From the NCBI GenBank assembly GCA_045803205.1, contig JBJMPM010000225.1, positions 1,148 through 65,147 of the forward strand: 64,000 nt of DNA, in the 5' to 3' direction. This document shows, piece by piece, positions 46,408 through 55,324 of the stretch. Made by a program: the position numbers and the translations under genes. Position 1 is the first letter of the stretch. Every line of letters starts with the position of its first letter. The DNA is from Longimicrobiaceae bacterium (GTDB lineage: Bacteria; Gemmatimonadota; Gemmatimonadetes; Longimicrobiales; Longimicrobiaceae). The notes below the pieces were generated by a model. It worked only from the letters and a program-made list of their open reading frames with translations. It did not search any database and was not told the DNA's origin.

Positions 46408-47217
46408 ATGACCGACTTCAGCTTCTTCGGCGGGATCGACTTCTCGGGGGCGAAGGAGCCGCTCTCCAACCTCTGGGCCGCCGTGGGGCGCGAGCGCGAT
46501 GAGAGGCTGGAGATCGTCTCGCTCTGCCCCATCCCCTTCCGCGAGGACCTGCGCGGGCACGTGGCCGAGCACTGGCGGCGCCACGCCGGCGCGGCCGAAG
46601 GCGAGGCGATCCTCTGGGGCGCCGACTTCCCCTTCGGCCTCCCCGCCGCGGCGGCGGCGCGCATCGCGGGGGCACGGCCGGCGACGTGGGCGGCGATCGC
46701 CGCGTGGGTGGCGGACCGGCCGCCCGACGAGGTGCGCGGGGCGATGCCGGAGCTGCACAAGGCGCTGCGCGGCACCGACACCGGCGGCGCGCTGGCGCCC
46801 TTCGACCTGCGCCTCTACCGGCAGACGCTGGAGGGGCTCCGCTTCCTCCACGAGCTCCGCGACGAGGCCACGGTATCCATCCTCCCCCAGGCGCCCGTGG
46901 ACGGCGCCGCGACGGTGCTGATCGAGGTCTATCCCGCCGGCGCGGCGAAGGAGCTGGGGATCCGCGGCGGGCGCGTGCCCTCGCGCCCGGGCGAGAGCCG
47001 CGCGCGGCCGGCGGCGCTGCGCCCGTTCATGACCTTCGCGCACCCCTCCATGGAGGCGTGCGCCTGCACCCTCGAGGACGCGCGCGACGCCTGCATCGCC
47101 GCCCTGGTCGCCTTCCTCTGCCGCAACGACCTCGACCAGCCCCGCCGCCTCGCCCGCGTCACCCCCGAGGCACTGGCGCTCGAAGGGTGGATCTACCGCC
47201 CGCCCATGGCGTCGTAA
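46408..47217 (+). CDS. DUF429-family RNase-H-like putative nuclease
   Basis: GIDFSGA, GADFPFGLP, IEVYP, DARDAC. Confidence 0.8.
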   Translation: MTDFSFFGGIDFSGAKEPLSNLWAAVGRERDERLEIVSLCPIPFREDLRGHVAEHWRRHAGAAEGEAILWGADFPFGLPAAAAARIAGARPATWAAIAAWVADRPPDEVRGAMPELHKALRGTDTGGALAPFDLRLYRQTLEGLRFLHELRDEATVSILPQAPVDGAATVLIEVYPAGAAKELGIRGGRVPSRPGESRARPAALRPFMTFAHPSMEACACTLEDARDACIAALVAFLCRNDLDQPRRLARVTPEALALEGWIYRPPMAS

Positions 47218-47247
47218 CGCCGGTCCACCTCCCGACCTCGGCGGAGC

Positions 47248-47507
47248 CCCTCACCCCGGTTCGGGCGGATCGGTTCTCGGTGCACAGTTGGCCATGGTGT
47301 GTCCGCCCGAACCGACCCTCTCCCAAACTACGGGAGAGGGTGCACTACGGGCTCGCTTCGCTCGTGGCTACGCGTACCAGCCTCTTCTGCTGTGAGTCGC
47401 CTAATCCGCTGTTGCAGCGTTGCAGTTAACCTCTCCCACGTGGTTTGGGAGAGGTCGAAAAAACAGATGAGACGGCAGTTTGTCTCATCTGTTTTTTCGG
47501 GTGAGGG
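47248..47507. repeat. Family D inverted pair with long internal hairpins
   Basis: CCCTCACCCC-[hairpin]-CCCTCTCCC..GGGAGAGGG and its mirror CCTCTCCC..GGGAGAGG-[18-bp stem]-GGTGAGGG. Confidence 0.75.
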
Positions 47508-47815
47508 ATCCCCAGCCTCGGCCGCACGATAGTCCCTGGTTGTTCGAACGCCCGAACGCCTATTATGGCTGTCCGCACCCCACCGTCAAACCACCGCCGC
47601 GAACCGCCCACCGATCATGCGTCTCCCCAGGAGATGCTCGACTCGGTGCGCCTGGCCGGGAGCGACCGCCACCGCCCCGTAACGGCTGCCTCGGCGGACG
47701 GGGAGCGGCTCACGGGATGAGAGCCGTCGTCCTGGTCGCCTACCTCTGGCGTGTCTCATCCGGATGGAAACATCCGTAAATGTTTGCTGGTGTGTGAGAT
47801 AGGGCTGCGGCGACC

Positions 47816-47844
47816 TTGACGCGGAAGGCGTTCTACACTATCAT
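47816..47844 (+). promoter_or_regulatory. sigma70 promoter of the putative ncRNA
   Basis: TTGACG-N17-TATCAT. Confidence 0.75.
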
Positions 47845-47849
47845 TAACC

Positions 47850-47949
47850 AGTCGGAACCGAAGAACTTCCGAAGCTGCTTACTCATCCACCAAGTGTGGA
47901 AGGAGTCACGGAACCGTCCCGGGAGCTTGCCCGGGGCGGTTGCGTTTTT
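47850..47949 (+). ncRNA. Putative DUF3800-associated structured RNA (~100 nt)
   Basis: Own promoter; stems TCGGAA/TTCCGA and ACTC-A-TCCAC/GTGGA-AG-GAGT; terminator AACCGTCCCGGG/CCCGGGGCGGTT + TTTTT; no credible ORF. Confidence 0.7.
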
Positions 47950-48459
47950 CTACAGCGAGCGTCCCTCCCGCTGCGCTCGGCTGAACTGCTTCTCGAAGCG
48001 CTCCCGCCTGCCCGGATGGTCCACGGGAAAGGCAGTCGCGAGGAATAGCCTGGGCCCGCGCACGGCGATGGCGACGAAGTAGCTGAAGTCGTCGGTCATC
48101 AGCGCGATCCGCTGCCCACCCTGGTGCTGCTCGCTCCACACCAGAACGCGCTCTTCCTTTGCCGCGTCGATGATCGGCCGCGGCCACCGGATGCGCTCAC
48201 ACCTCCCGAGGTGCGGCAGCCTCTCTTTGGTGTCCGCCCCGGACTCCTGCTCTTCGGTGATGAGGTGCCAGAAGCCTTCCTCCTTTCCGTTCACCACCGG
48301 AGACACGTTGTGCCCGACCGGGCGCCCGTCGAACATGGGACGCGAGACGACGAAGTCACGCCGGAACCAGCGGTAGAGTTCGTCCTCGTAGCGGCGCCAG
48401 TCTCCACCGAAGTCCGACAGCCGGCAGAGCTCCGGGAGCCACGCGCAGCCTTCAGGCAT
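47950..48459 (-). CDS. Phage P1 RlfB-like protein (possible RelE/BECR-like RNase fold)
   Basis: GKEEGFWHLITE..RCERIRWPRPII..LATAF; 8-nt overlap with the DUF3800 gene; family recalled from memory. Confidence 0.75.
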   Translation of the reverse strand: MPEGCAWLPELCRLSDFGGDWRRYEDELYRWFRRDFVVSRPMFDGRPVGHNVSPVVNGKEEGFWHLITEEQESGADTKERLPHLGRCERIRWPRPIIDAAKEERVLVWSEQHQGGQRIALMTDDFSYFVAIAVRGPRLFLATAFPVDHPGRRERFEKQFSRAQREGRSL

Positions 48460-49168
48460 CGGGGATCTCGCGCGCGTCCCAGAAGAACAGGTTCACCTTG
48501 GGACGCACGCGGCTGGTGGAATACCGCCACGAAAGCCCCGAGCGGGCGCGCAGGTGGTCGACCAGCCGGTTCTTCCCTTCGTTTCCGCGCAGCCCGCGCG
48601 CGGCATAGCCAAGGGCACCGATCAGGAGATCGGCAAGCTGGATCTGCTCGACCTCGTCGGAGCGGACGTGCTGGATGTGCGCGATGATCTGCTGATCGAA
48701 ATCACGCATCTTGTTGTTGAGCACCTTCCGGAGCTTCAGCACCCTGCGCTGGCTCAGCGTATCCTTGATGTCGAGGAAGATCCGGTACTGCTCCTCCCGG
48801 CGGACGATCGGCTCGAGCGTCTGGTAAAACATCTTGTAGTACCACTCGTCGTGGCTCTGCCCGAAGTCGCCGTGGCGCAGCTTCTCCTTGTTCGGGATGA
48901 CGAGACCGCGGAACGACAGCTCCGGGACGTCGAAGAAGAGATCCAGGTACTCGCGGTAGAAGGGCAGCGCGCCACGCGAGACCTTGGACCACTTGACCTC
49001 GAACTCCCACGGCCTGCCGTGCCCCATGCCGTGCCGCCGCTTGATCTCCCGCAGGCGGTCCGCGACCCAGCGTGACGCCGGCGTGGGACAGGCGAGTGCC
49101 CCGAGCACCATCACCGGGATGCGGTCGTTTTCCAGGTGGCAGCTTTCGTCGCAGTAAAGGTTGATCAT
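48452..49168 (-). CDS. DUF3800-domain protein (P1 RlfA-like, RNase-H-like fold)
   Basis: YCDESCHLE, EVKWSK, YYKMF, FLDIKDT, IQLADLLIGA. Confidence 0.9.
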   Translation of the reverse strand: MINLYCDESCHLENDRIPVMVLGALACPTPASRWVADRLREIKRRHGMGHGRPWEFEVKWSKVSRGALPFYREYLDLFFDVPELSFRGLVIPNKEKLRHGDFGQSHDEWYYKMFYQTLEPIVRREEQYRIFLDIKDTLSQRRVLKLRKVLNNKMRDFDQQIIAHIQHVRSDEVEQIQLADLLIGALGYAARGLRGNEGKNRLVDHLRARSGLSWRYSTSRVRPKVNLFFWDAREIPDA

Positions 49169-49300
49169 CTCCCCATCGAACAGGGTGGCCCGTGGAATGG
49201 ATGTCCAGAAGTATAGTCGCGGGCGCGGGGGGAACAACCCGGTATCTCCACATAGCACTCGTCCGCCCTCTCAGTCCTCACCAACCTGAGTCTCTCAGGT

Positions 49301-49370
49301 TTCTCGCAGAGGCGCGGAGACACGGAGAGGCTGGACGGTTCTCTCCGTGCCTCCGCGTCTCCGCGTGAGA
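49301..49370. repeat. Family A palindromic repeat
   Basis: TCTCGCAGAGGCGCGGAGACACGGAGAG...CTCTCCGTGCCTCCGCGTCTCCGCGTGAGA. Confidence 0.8.
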
Positions 49371-49387
49371 CGATCTTGTTCCGGCCA

Positions 49388-49416
49388 TAGTCCCGGATAC
49401 TCCGAACGCCTATAAT
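49388..49416 (+). promoter_or_regulatory. Promoter of sbcDC
   Basis: TAGTCC-N17-TATAAT. Confidence 0.55.
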
Positions 49417-49458
49417 TCCGTCCGGCCCCCTCCACCGCTCGACTGCTTCATCGCGAAC

Positions 49459-50610
49459 GTGAAGATCGCACACCTCGCCGACCTGCACCTGGGCTACCGC
49501 GCCTACCACCGCTCCACCGCGCGCGGCGTGAACCAGCGCGAGGCCGACGTCGCCGACGCGTTCCGGCGCGCCGTGGCCCGCGTCGTGGAGCTCCGGCCGG
49601 ATCTGGTGCTGGTCGCCGGCGACGTGTTCCACAGCGTGCGCCCGAGCAACACCGCCATCGCCGAGGCCTTCCGCCAGTTCAGCGTGCTCTCCGAGCGGCT
49701 CCCCGGCGTGCCCGTGGTGATGATCGCCGGCAACCACGACTCGCCGCGCTCGGCGGACACGGGGAACATCCTCTCGCTCTTCCGGGAGATCGAGGGGATG
49801 CGCGTGGTGTTCGAGGAATGCCGGCCGGTGAAGCTCCCCGAGATCGAGACCACCGTGCTCTGCATGCCCCACGTGGCGCTGGCGGTGGCCCACGAGACCG
49901 TGATGGAGCCGGACCCCAAGGCGCGCCATACCGTGCTGATGCTGCACGCCGAGATCACGGACAAGGACGGCGAGCCGCGGTACCGCAGCGAGTTCGGGGG
50001 GGCGCAGGTGCCGGAGAGCGCCATCCGCCCCGGGGCGTGGAGCTACGTGGCGGCCGGCCACCACCACGAGGCCGTGGCCCTGGGAAAGGGCAACGCGTGG
50101 TACGCCGGGGCCACCGAGCGCACCTCCGCCTTCATCTGGCAGGAGCGGATGGAGAAGGGGTTCCTCCTCTTCGACACCGAGACCGGCCGGGCCGAGCACC
50201 AGCCGGTGGAGACGCGCACCATCCTGGACCTTCCCCGCATCGAGGGGCGCGGCCTCTCGGCGGCCGAGATCGACGAGCGCGTGCGCGCGGCGGTCGAGCG
50301 GGTGGAAGACGGGATCGGCGGGAAGATGGTGCGCCTGGTGGTGCACGACGTTCCCCGCGTGGTGGTGCGCGAGCTCAACCACCGGCGCATCCGCGAGTGG
50401 AAGGCCGAGGCGCTGCACTTCCACCTCGACCTCCGCCCGCCCGAGGTCCGCCGGCGCGCCGCGTCGGGGGCGCCGGTCAAGCGCCAGACGCTGAAGGAGC
50501 AGGTGGAGAGCTTCCTGGGGCAGTGGAAGCCCACGCGGCAGCAGATCGAGAAGGAGCGGCTGGTGGCGATGGGCGCCGAGTACGTCGAGCAGGCGGCGGA
50601 GGCGAGCTGA
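49459..50610 (+). CDS. sbcD: SbcD/Mre11 nuclease
   Basis: HLADLHLG, AGDVFH, AGNHD, GHHH; adjacent to sbcC. Confidence 0.95.
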   Translation: MKIAHLADLHLGYRAYHRSTARGVNQREADVADAFRRAVARVVELRPDLVLVAGDVFHSVRPSNTAIAEAFRQFSVLSERLPGVPVVMIAGNHDSPRSADTGNILSLFREIEGMRVVFEECRPVKLPEIETTVLCMPHVALAVAHETVMEPDPKARHTVLMLHAEITDKDGEPRYRSEFGGAQVPESAIRPGAWSYVAAGHHHEAVALGKGNAWYAGATERTSAFIWQERMEKGFLLFDTETGRAEHQPVETRTILDLPRIEGRGLSAAEIDERVRAAVERVEDGIGGKMVRLVVHDVPRVVVRELNHRRIREWKAEALHFHLDLRPPEVRRRAASGAPVKRQTLKEQVESFLGQWKPTRQQIEKERLVAMGAEYVEQAAEAS

Positions 50611-50611
50611 G

Positions 50612-53047
50612 ATGCGGCTGGTCTCCCTCCGGATGAAGAACTTCCGCCAGCACGCGGACACCTCCATCGACTTCCGCACCGGGCTCACCGGCATCATCGG
50701 TCCCAACGGCGCCGGCAAGAGCACGCTGCTGGAGGCGATCGCCTGGGCGATCTACGGCGCCCCGGCGGCGCGCGGGACCAACGAGACGATCCGCTTCAAC
50801 CGCGCGCCCAACCGCTCGCGCGTGGAGGTGGAGCTGGTGTTCGGCCTCGGCGGGCAGGAGTACCGGGTCTTCCGCACCCTCCACAACGCCGAGGTGTTCA
50901 TCGACGGCGGCCTGGCCCCGGTCGCCGCCACCCTGGGGGGCGCCACCGTCTACCTGCAGGGGCGGCTGGGGATGAGCCGCGAGGAGTTCTTCAACACCTA
51001 CTTCACCGGGCAGAAGGAGCTGCAGTTCCTGGCCGCGATGGGCCCCGCCGACCGCGGCCGCTTCCTGAGCCAGGTGCTGGGCTACGAGCGGCTGCGGCGC
51101 GCGCAGGACCTGGCCAGGGAGCGGAAGAGGGAGCTGCGCGCCGAGATCCGCGGCCTGCAGAGCTCGCTGGGCGACCTGCACGAGCTGGTGGAGGCGCGCA
51201 TCGACGCCGAGCAGCGCGTCGGCGCCGCGGTCGCCGGGTGGAACGCGGCGAAGGTGGAGACGGAGGAGGCGCTCGTCGCCCTGCGCGCCTTCCTCCCGAA
51301 GTGGGAGGCGGCGCAGGCGGCGCGCGAGCGGCACCGCGAGCTCACCCACGCGCTGGAGACGGCCGCGCGCGACCGCGCCGCCGCCGCGCGCGACGCGGAG
51401 CGCGCCCGCGCGGGGCTCGAGTCGGTGGCGAAGGCCGAGGCGGAGCTGGCGCCGCTGCGCGAGGCGCTCGCCGTGCTCCCCCGGCTCAACGACGAGTGCG
51501 AGCGCTGGGAAGATCTGGCGCGGAAGGACGAGGCGCGGAAGGGAATCACCCGCCAGCTCAAGGAGCTCGAGGCGGAGCTGGAGCGCGGCCGGGCCGAGGT
51601 GGAGAAGCGCGAGAGCGCGCCGGAGCTGGAGAAGAAGTTCGCGGAGGAGATCGACGGGCTGGTGGAGGACCGGGCCGAGGTCGCCGGGGATCTGGAGGAG
51701 AAGAAGAACACCTGGCTGCGCGACCGGCAGGACGCCGAGACCAAGCTGCAGAACATCCGCGACCTCGCCAGGGAGCTGCAGGAGCAGGTCCGGCAGATCC
51801 GCAAGCTCGGCCCCGAGGGGAAGTGCCCCACCTGCGGCCGCCCGATCGGGGCCGGCTACGAGGCCCTGCTGGAGCAGATGGAGGACAAGTTCCAGGAGGC
51901 GAAGCAGGACGGCGTCTGGTGGAAGAGCCGCTTCGAGCAGCTCGAGCAGAAGCCCGAGGACGTGGCCGCGCTGGAGCTGCGCGAGCGGGAGATCGCCTCC
52001 CAGCTCGACGACCGCGCCCGCAAGCACGCCCGCTGCCAGGTCGCCGTGCAGGAGCTCGAGCGGCTGCGGAAGGACGGCGCCGCGCGCGAGCGCCGGCGCG
52101 AGGAGCTGGCCGCCGAGCTGGAGGGGATCCCCGGCGGCTACGACCGCGCGCTGCACCAGCAGGTCGAGGCCGCCGTCCGCCACCTGCGCACGCAGGAGAC
52201 GGCGGCCGCGCGGCTGGAGGAGACCGTCGGCCGCCGCGCCGAGTGGGAGCGCGAGCAGGCCGATGCCGCGGAGCGGGAGCAGGCCGCGCTGGAGCGCCAT
52301 CAGGCGACGGCCGCCGAGCGCGAGGCGCTGGCCTTCCGCGAGGACGAGTTCGCGGCGGTGAAGGGCGAGTTCGACGCGGCCACCGCGCGCCACCGTGCGG
52401 CGGAGTTGGCCGAGACGGAGCAGAAGGGGGCCGTGCGCACCGCCGAGCAGGCGCTGCAGAGCGCCCGCCGCGCCGAGGCGCAGTACCACGAGCGGGCGAA
52501 GGAGCTGGAGAAGCAGAAGGGCGAGCTCGACCACCTGGACGAGCTCGACGAGGCCTACACCGAGCTCCGGCGCGAGCTGAACGACCACGTGCGCCCCGAG
52601 CTCTCCGAGATCGCCTCGCTCTTCCTGGCCCAGCTCACCGACGGGCGCTACACCTCGATGGAGATCAGCGAGACGTACGACCTGATGGTGCTGGACGAGG
52701 GGGAGGAGAAGCCGGTGATCAGCGGCGGCGAGGAAGACGTGGCCAACCTGGTGCTGCGCCTCTCGCTCTCGCAGATGATCGCCGAGCGCGCCGGCCACCC
52801 GCTCTCGCTGCTGATCCTGGACGAGGTGTTCGGCTCGCTCGACGTGGCGCGGCGCGACAACGTGGTGCAGCTCCTCCACAACCTGGAGGACCGCTTCGAG
52901 CAGGTGATCCTGATCACCCACATCGAGGGGATCCGCGAGAGCCTGGACCAGGTGCTGCGCGTGGAGTACGACGAGCGCAGCGGCACCTCCGTCGTGCGCG
53001 AGGAGGACCTGAACGCCCCGCCCCCCGAGCTCGACGTGGCCGCCTGA
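50612..53047 (+). CDS. sbcC: SbcC/Rad50 SMC ATPase
   Basis: GPNGAGKS, zinc hook CPTC, ISGGE, LILDE; long coiled coils. Confidence 0.95.
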   Translation: MRLVSLRMKNFRQHADTSIDFRTGLTGIIGPNGAGKSTLLEAIAWAIYGAPAARGTNETIRFNRAPNRSRVEVELVFGLGGQEYRVFRTLHNAEVFIDGGLAPVAATLGGATVYLQGRLGMSREEFFNTYFTGQKELQFLAAMGPADRGRFLSQVLGYERLRRAQDLARERKRELRAEIRGLQSSLGDLHELVEARIDAEQRVGAAVAGWNAAKVETEEALVALRAFLPKWEAAQAARERHRELTHALETAARDRAAAARDAERARAGLESVAKAEAELAPLREALAVLPRLNDECERWEDLARKDEARKGITRQLKELEAELERGRAEVEKRESAPELEKKFAEEIDGLVEDRAEVAGDLEEKKNTWLRDRQDAETKLQNIRDLARELQEQVRQIRKLGPEGKCPTCGRPIGAGYEALLEQMEDKFQEAKQDGVWWKSRFEQLEQKPEDVAALELREREIASQLDDRARKHARCQVAVQELERLRKDGAARERRREELAAELEGIPGGYDRALHQQVEAAVRHLRTQETAAARLEETVGRRAEWEREQADAAEREQAALERHQATAAEREALAFREDEFAAVKGEFDAATARHRAAELAETEQKGAVRTAEQALQSARRAEAQYHERAKELEKQKGELDHLDELDEAYTELRRELNDHVRPELSEIASLFLAQLTDGRYTSMEISETYDLMVLDEGEEKPVISGGEEDVANLVLRLSLSQMIAERAGHPLSLLILDEVFGSLDVARRDNVVQLLHNLEDRFEQVILITHIEGIRESLDQVLRVEYDERSGTSVVREEDLNAPPPELDVAA

Positions 53048-53056
53048 CGGCGGGAG

Positions 53057-53129
53057 TACACAGAGAAACCGGGAGAGCGCGGAGGGTGTCCTCTGCGCTC
53101 TCCCGGTTTCTCTGCGCCTCTGCGTGAGA
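53057..53129. repeat. Family A palindromic repeat
   Basis: CAGAGAAACCGGGAGAGCGCGGAGG...CCTCTGCGCTCTCCCGGTTTCTCTGCGCCTCTGCGTGAGA. Confidence 0.75.
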
Positions 53130-53136
53130 CGATCGT

Positions 53137-53778
53137 TCAGTTCTTCCGGATCAGGAGGCGCTGGAACGGCGTGGTCGGCACGGCGCGGTTGCCGGAGGGG
53201 TAGGTGCTCTGGCTCCTCAGCGGCACGTCGAAGGTGCCGCCGGTCACCGTGATGGTGCGGGTGCCCAGCGAGTCCGCGGCGGTGCCGCTGAAGGTGCCGG
53301 TGATCCGGCCGTTGGAGACGGAGGTGACCTGGATGGTGCCGGCGGTGAAGAAGAAGGTGTCCGACCCGTCGTTCACCAGGTCGGGGTTGGCGTCGAAGGC
53401 GATCAGGCCCAGGGAGCAGTTCGGCGTCGTCGCGGTGCAGGTCTCGGTGAAGGTCAGCGTCTGCCCCGCGCCCACCGACGGGAAGATGAGGACCACCTCG
53501 TCGCCCGTGGCCGTGGCGACGGGCGCGTAGGAGAGCAGCCCCACGTACGCCTTTCCGCCGTTGCTGAGCGTCAGCCCCGCGGCGAACGACTGCTTCACGA
53601 AGCTCGTGTCGTTGTGCCGGGTCAGCAGCCCGCTCGCCGAGTAGCTCCCGCTCTGCGCGCCGGTGTAGCTGAACGCGAGCGACCCCGCGGTGGGGGGAGC
53701 GATCCCGGTGGTGTCCTTGCACCCCACCGCCACGACCGTCACGGCGGCCAGCGCCGCGCCCAGCAATCCTCTGTTCAT
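53137..53778 (-). CDS. Beta-rich lipoprotein
   Basis: Lipobox AVGC; GTIQVTS..ITGTFSGT..VTGGTFDV. Confidence 0.8.
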   Translation of the reverse strand: MNRGLLGAALAAVTVVAVGCKDTTGIAPPTAGSLAFSYTGAQSGSYSASGLLTRHNDTSFVKQSFAAGLTLSNGGKAYVGLLSYAPVATATGDEVVLIFPSVGAGQTLTFTETCTATTPNCSLGLIAFDANPDLVNDGSDTFFFTAGTIQVTSVSNGRITGTFSGTAADSLGTRTITVTGGTFDVPLRSQSTYPSGNRAVPTTPFQRLLIRKN

Positions 53779-53914
53779 CGTCTCCGTCCTGCGTGGGAGG
53801 ATGTCGGCGCGGCTCCGGCCGGCGCCTGCTCAGTCTTTCGCCAGGGGACCGCGAAAGAAACGGGTGTTTGTACCGCCGCGCGCGAGCGGGCGCGCGGCTC
53901 ACGTCGTAGAACGC

Positions 53915-55186
53915 TCAAGGGAGGTAAAGCGTGAACACCGCGCCGCCCTCGGGGCCGTTGGCGGCGGTCAGCTCGCCGCCCATGGCGCGGGCCAGCCGCC
54001 GCGAGATCGCCAGCCCCAGGCCGCTCCCGGGCTCGCGCTTGGCGCGGGTGCCGGCGGCGATCTGCAGGAACTCCTCGAACACCGTCTCCTCCTCCCCCGG
54101 GGGAAGGCCCGGCCCGGTGTCCGCCACCCGCATCCACCCCTGCCCCTCCTCCATCTCCACGCTCAGCGTCACCCTCCCCCGCTCGGTGAACTTCACCGCG
54201 TTGGAGAGCAGGTTCACCAGGATCTGCCGCACGCGGCCCATGTCGAGCTCCAGCACCACGTCGCGGTGGCCGTCGATCTCCAGCCGCAGCTCCAGCCCCT
54301 TGCTGCGCGCCTGCGGCTGCACCGCCACCACCGCCTCGTCCACCAGGTCGCCCAGCGCCACCGGCTCGCGGTGGAACTCCATCCGCCCCGCGTCGAGCTT
54401 GGCGATGTCGAGCACGTCGTTCACCAGCTCGGCCAGGTGGCCGGAGACCTGGCAGATGCGCTCCACCATCTCCTGCTGGTGCGGCTCCAGGTCGCCCATG
54501 ATGCCGTCCTGCAGCAGCTCGCTGTACCCCATGATGGCGGTGATGGGGGTGCGCAGGTCGTGGCTCATGGCGCTGAAGAAGCGCTCGCGCCGCACCGCCG
54601 CCTGCCGCAGCACGTCGTAGCGCGTCGCGTTGCGGAAGGCCGCCGCGGCCTGCTCCGCCACCAGCTCGGCCAGCCGCACGGCGTGCGCGTCGACCCCGCG
54701 CGCGCCGTGCCACCCCACCAGCAGCGCCCCGCCCGCCGCGCCGTCGCCGGTGAGCGGCGCCGCCACCGCCGTGGCCGCGCCGTACGGGGGCGGCACCACC
54801 TGCGCGACGCGCACCCCCAGCGCGTCGGCGCTCAGCTCCCCGGCGACCACCCGCTCGCCGGTGGCGCGGGCGCGCTCCAGCAGCTCCAGCAGCCGCGCCG
54901 ACGCCTCGCGCGGCGGCTCCTGGTCCGCGCACCACTCGCGCGGCGCCTCGAAGAGCGGCACCACGGCGATGGCGAAGTCGGCCCCCAGCAGCTCGTCGGC
55001 GGCGGCGCAGACCAGGGCGAAGATCTCGTCCGCGCTCACCGTGTCGGCCGCGGCCACCGCCATGCGGCGCAGCGCGTCGAGCTCGCCCGGGGTGGGCGCC
55101 AGGTCGTCGGCCTCCGCAGGGCGGGGCGCGGCCACGGGCGCTGCGGCGGCGGGAGGGTCGGCGGCGACGGCGGTCTCCTGCGCCAT
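53915..55186 (-). CDS. Cytoplasmic GAF-sensor histidine kinase
   Basis: SHDLRTPITAI, NLLSNAVKFT, DTGPG, GSGLGL. Confidence 0.93.
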   Translation of the reverse strand: MAQETAVAADPPAAAAPVAAPRPAEADDLAPTPGELDALRRMAVAAADTVSADEIFALVCAAADELLGADFAIAVVPLFEAPREWCADQEPPREASARLLELLERARATGERVVAGELSADALGVRVAQVVPPPYGAATAVAAPLTGDGAAGGALLVGWHGARGVDAHAVRLAELVAEQAAAAFRNATRYDVLRQAAVRRERFFSAMSHDLRTPITAIMGYSELLQDGIMGDLEPHQQEMVERICQVSGHLAELVNDVLDIAKLDAGRMEFHREPVALGDLVDEAVVAVQPQARSKGLELRLEIDGHRDVVLELDMGRVRQILVNLLSNAVKFTERGRVTLSVEMEEGQGWMRVADTGPGLPPGEEETVFEEFLQIAAGTRAKREPGSGLGLAISRRLARAMGGELTAANGPEGGAVFTLYLP

Positions 55187-55324
55187 GCGGGGAGCGGGGT
55201 GCGAGGGGTAGGTTGCGCCCGGGGCGCGGGGCGTGCTGTGGCGGCGGCACGGGGATGGTATCTTGTGCGCCCCCGCGCCGGCGACGCTCGCCGGATGCCT
55301 CCCGAACCGAACCGGAGCCGCCGG

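Noticed and set aside
47586-47810. Gene remnant after the duplicated promoter
   Set aside because: No recognisable similarity to sbcD/sbcC or other proteins by eye; short ORFs lack RBS and bias.
49459-53047. SMC-based defence system (Wadjet/Lamassu)
   Set aside because: Canonical SbcD phosphoesterase plus Rad50-type zinc hook, host-like composition, no jet/lmu partners.
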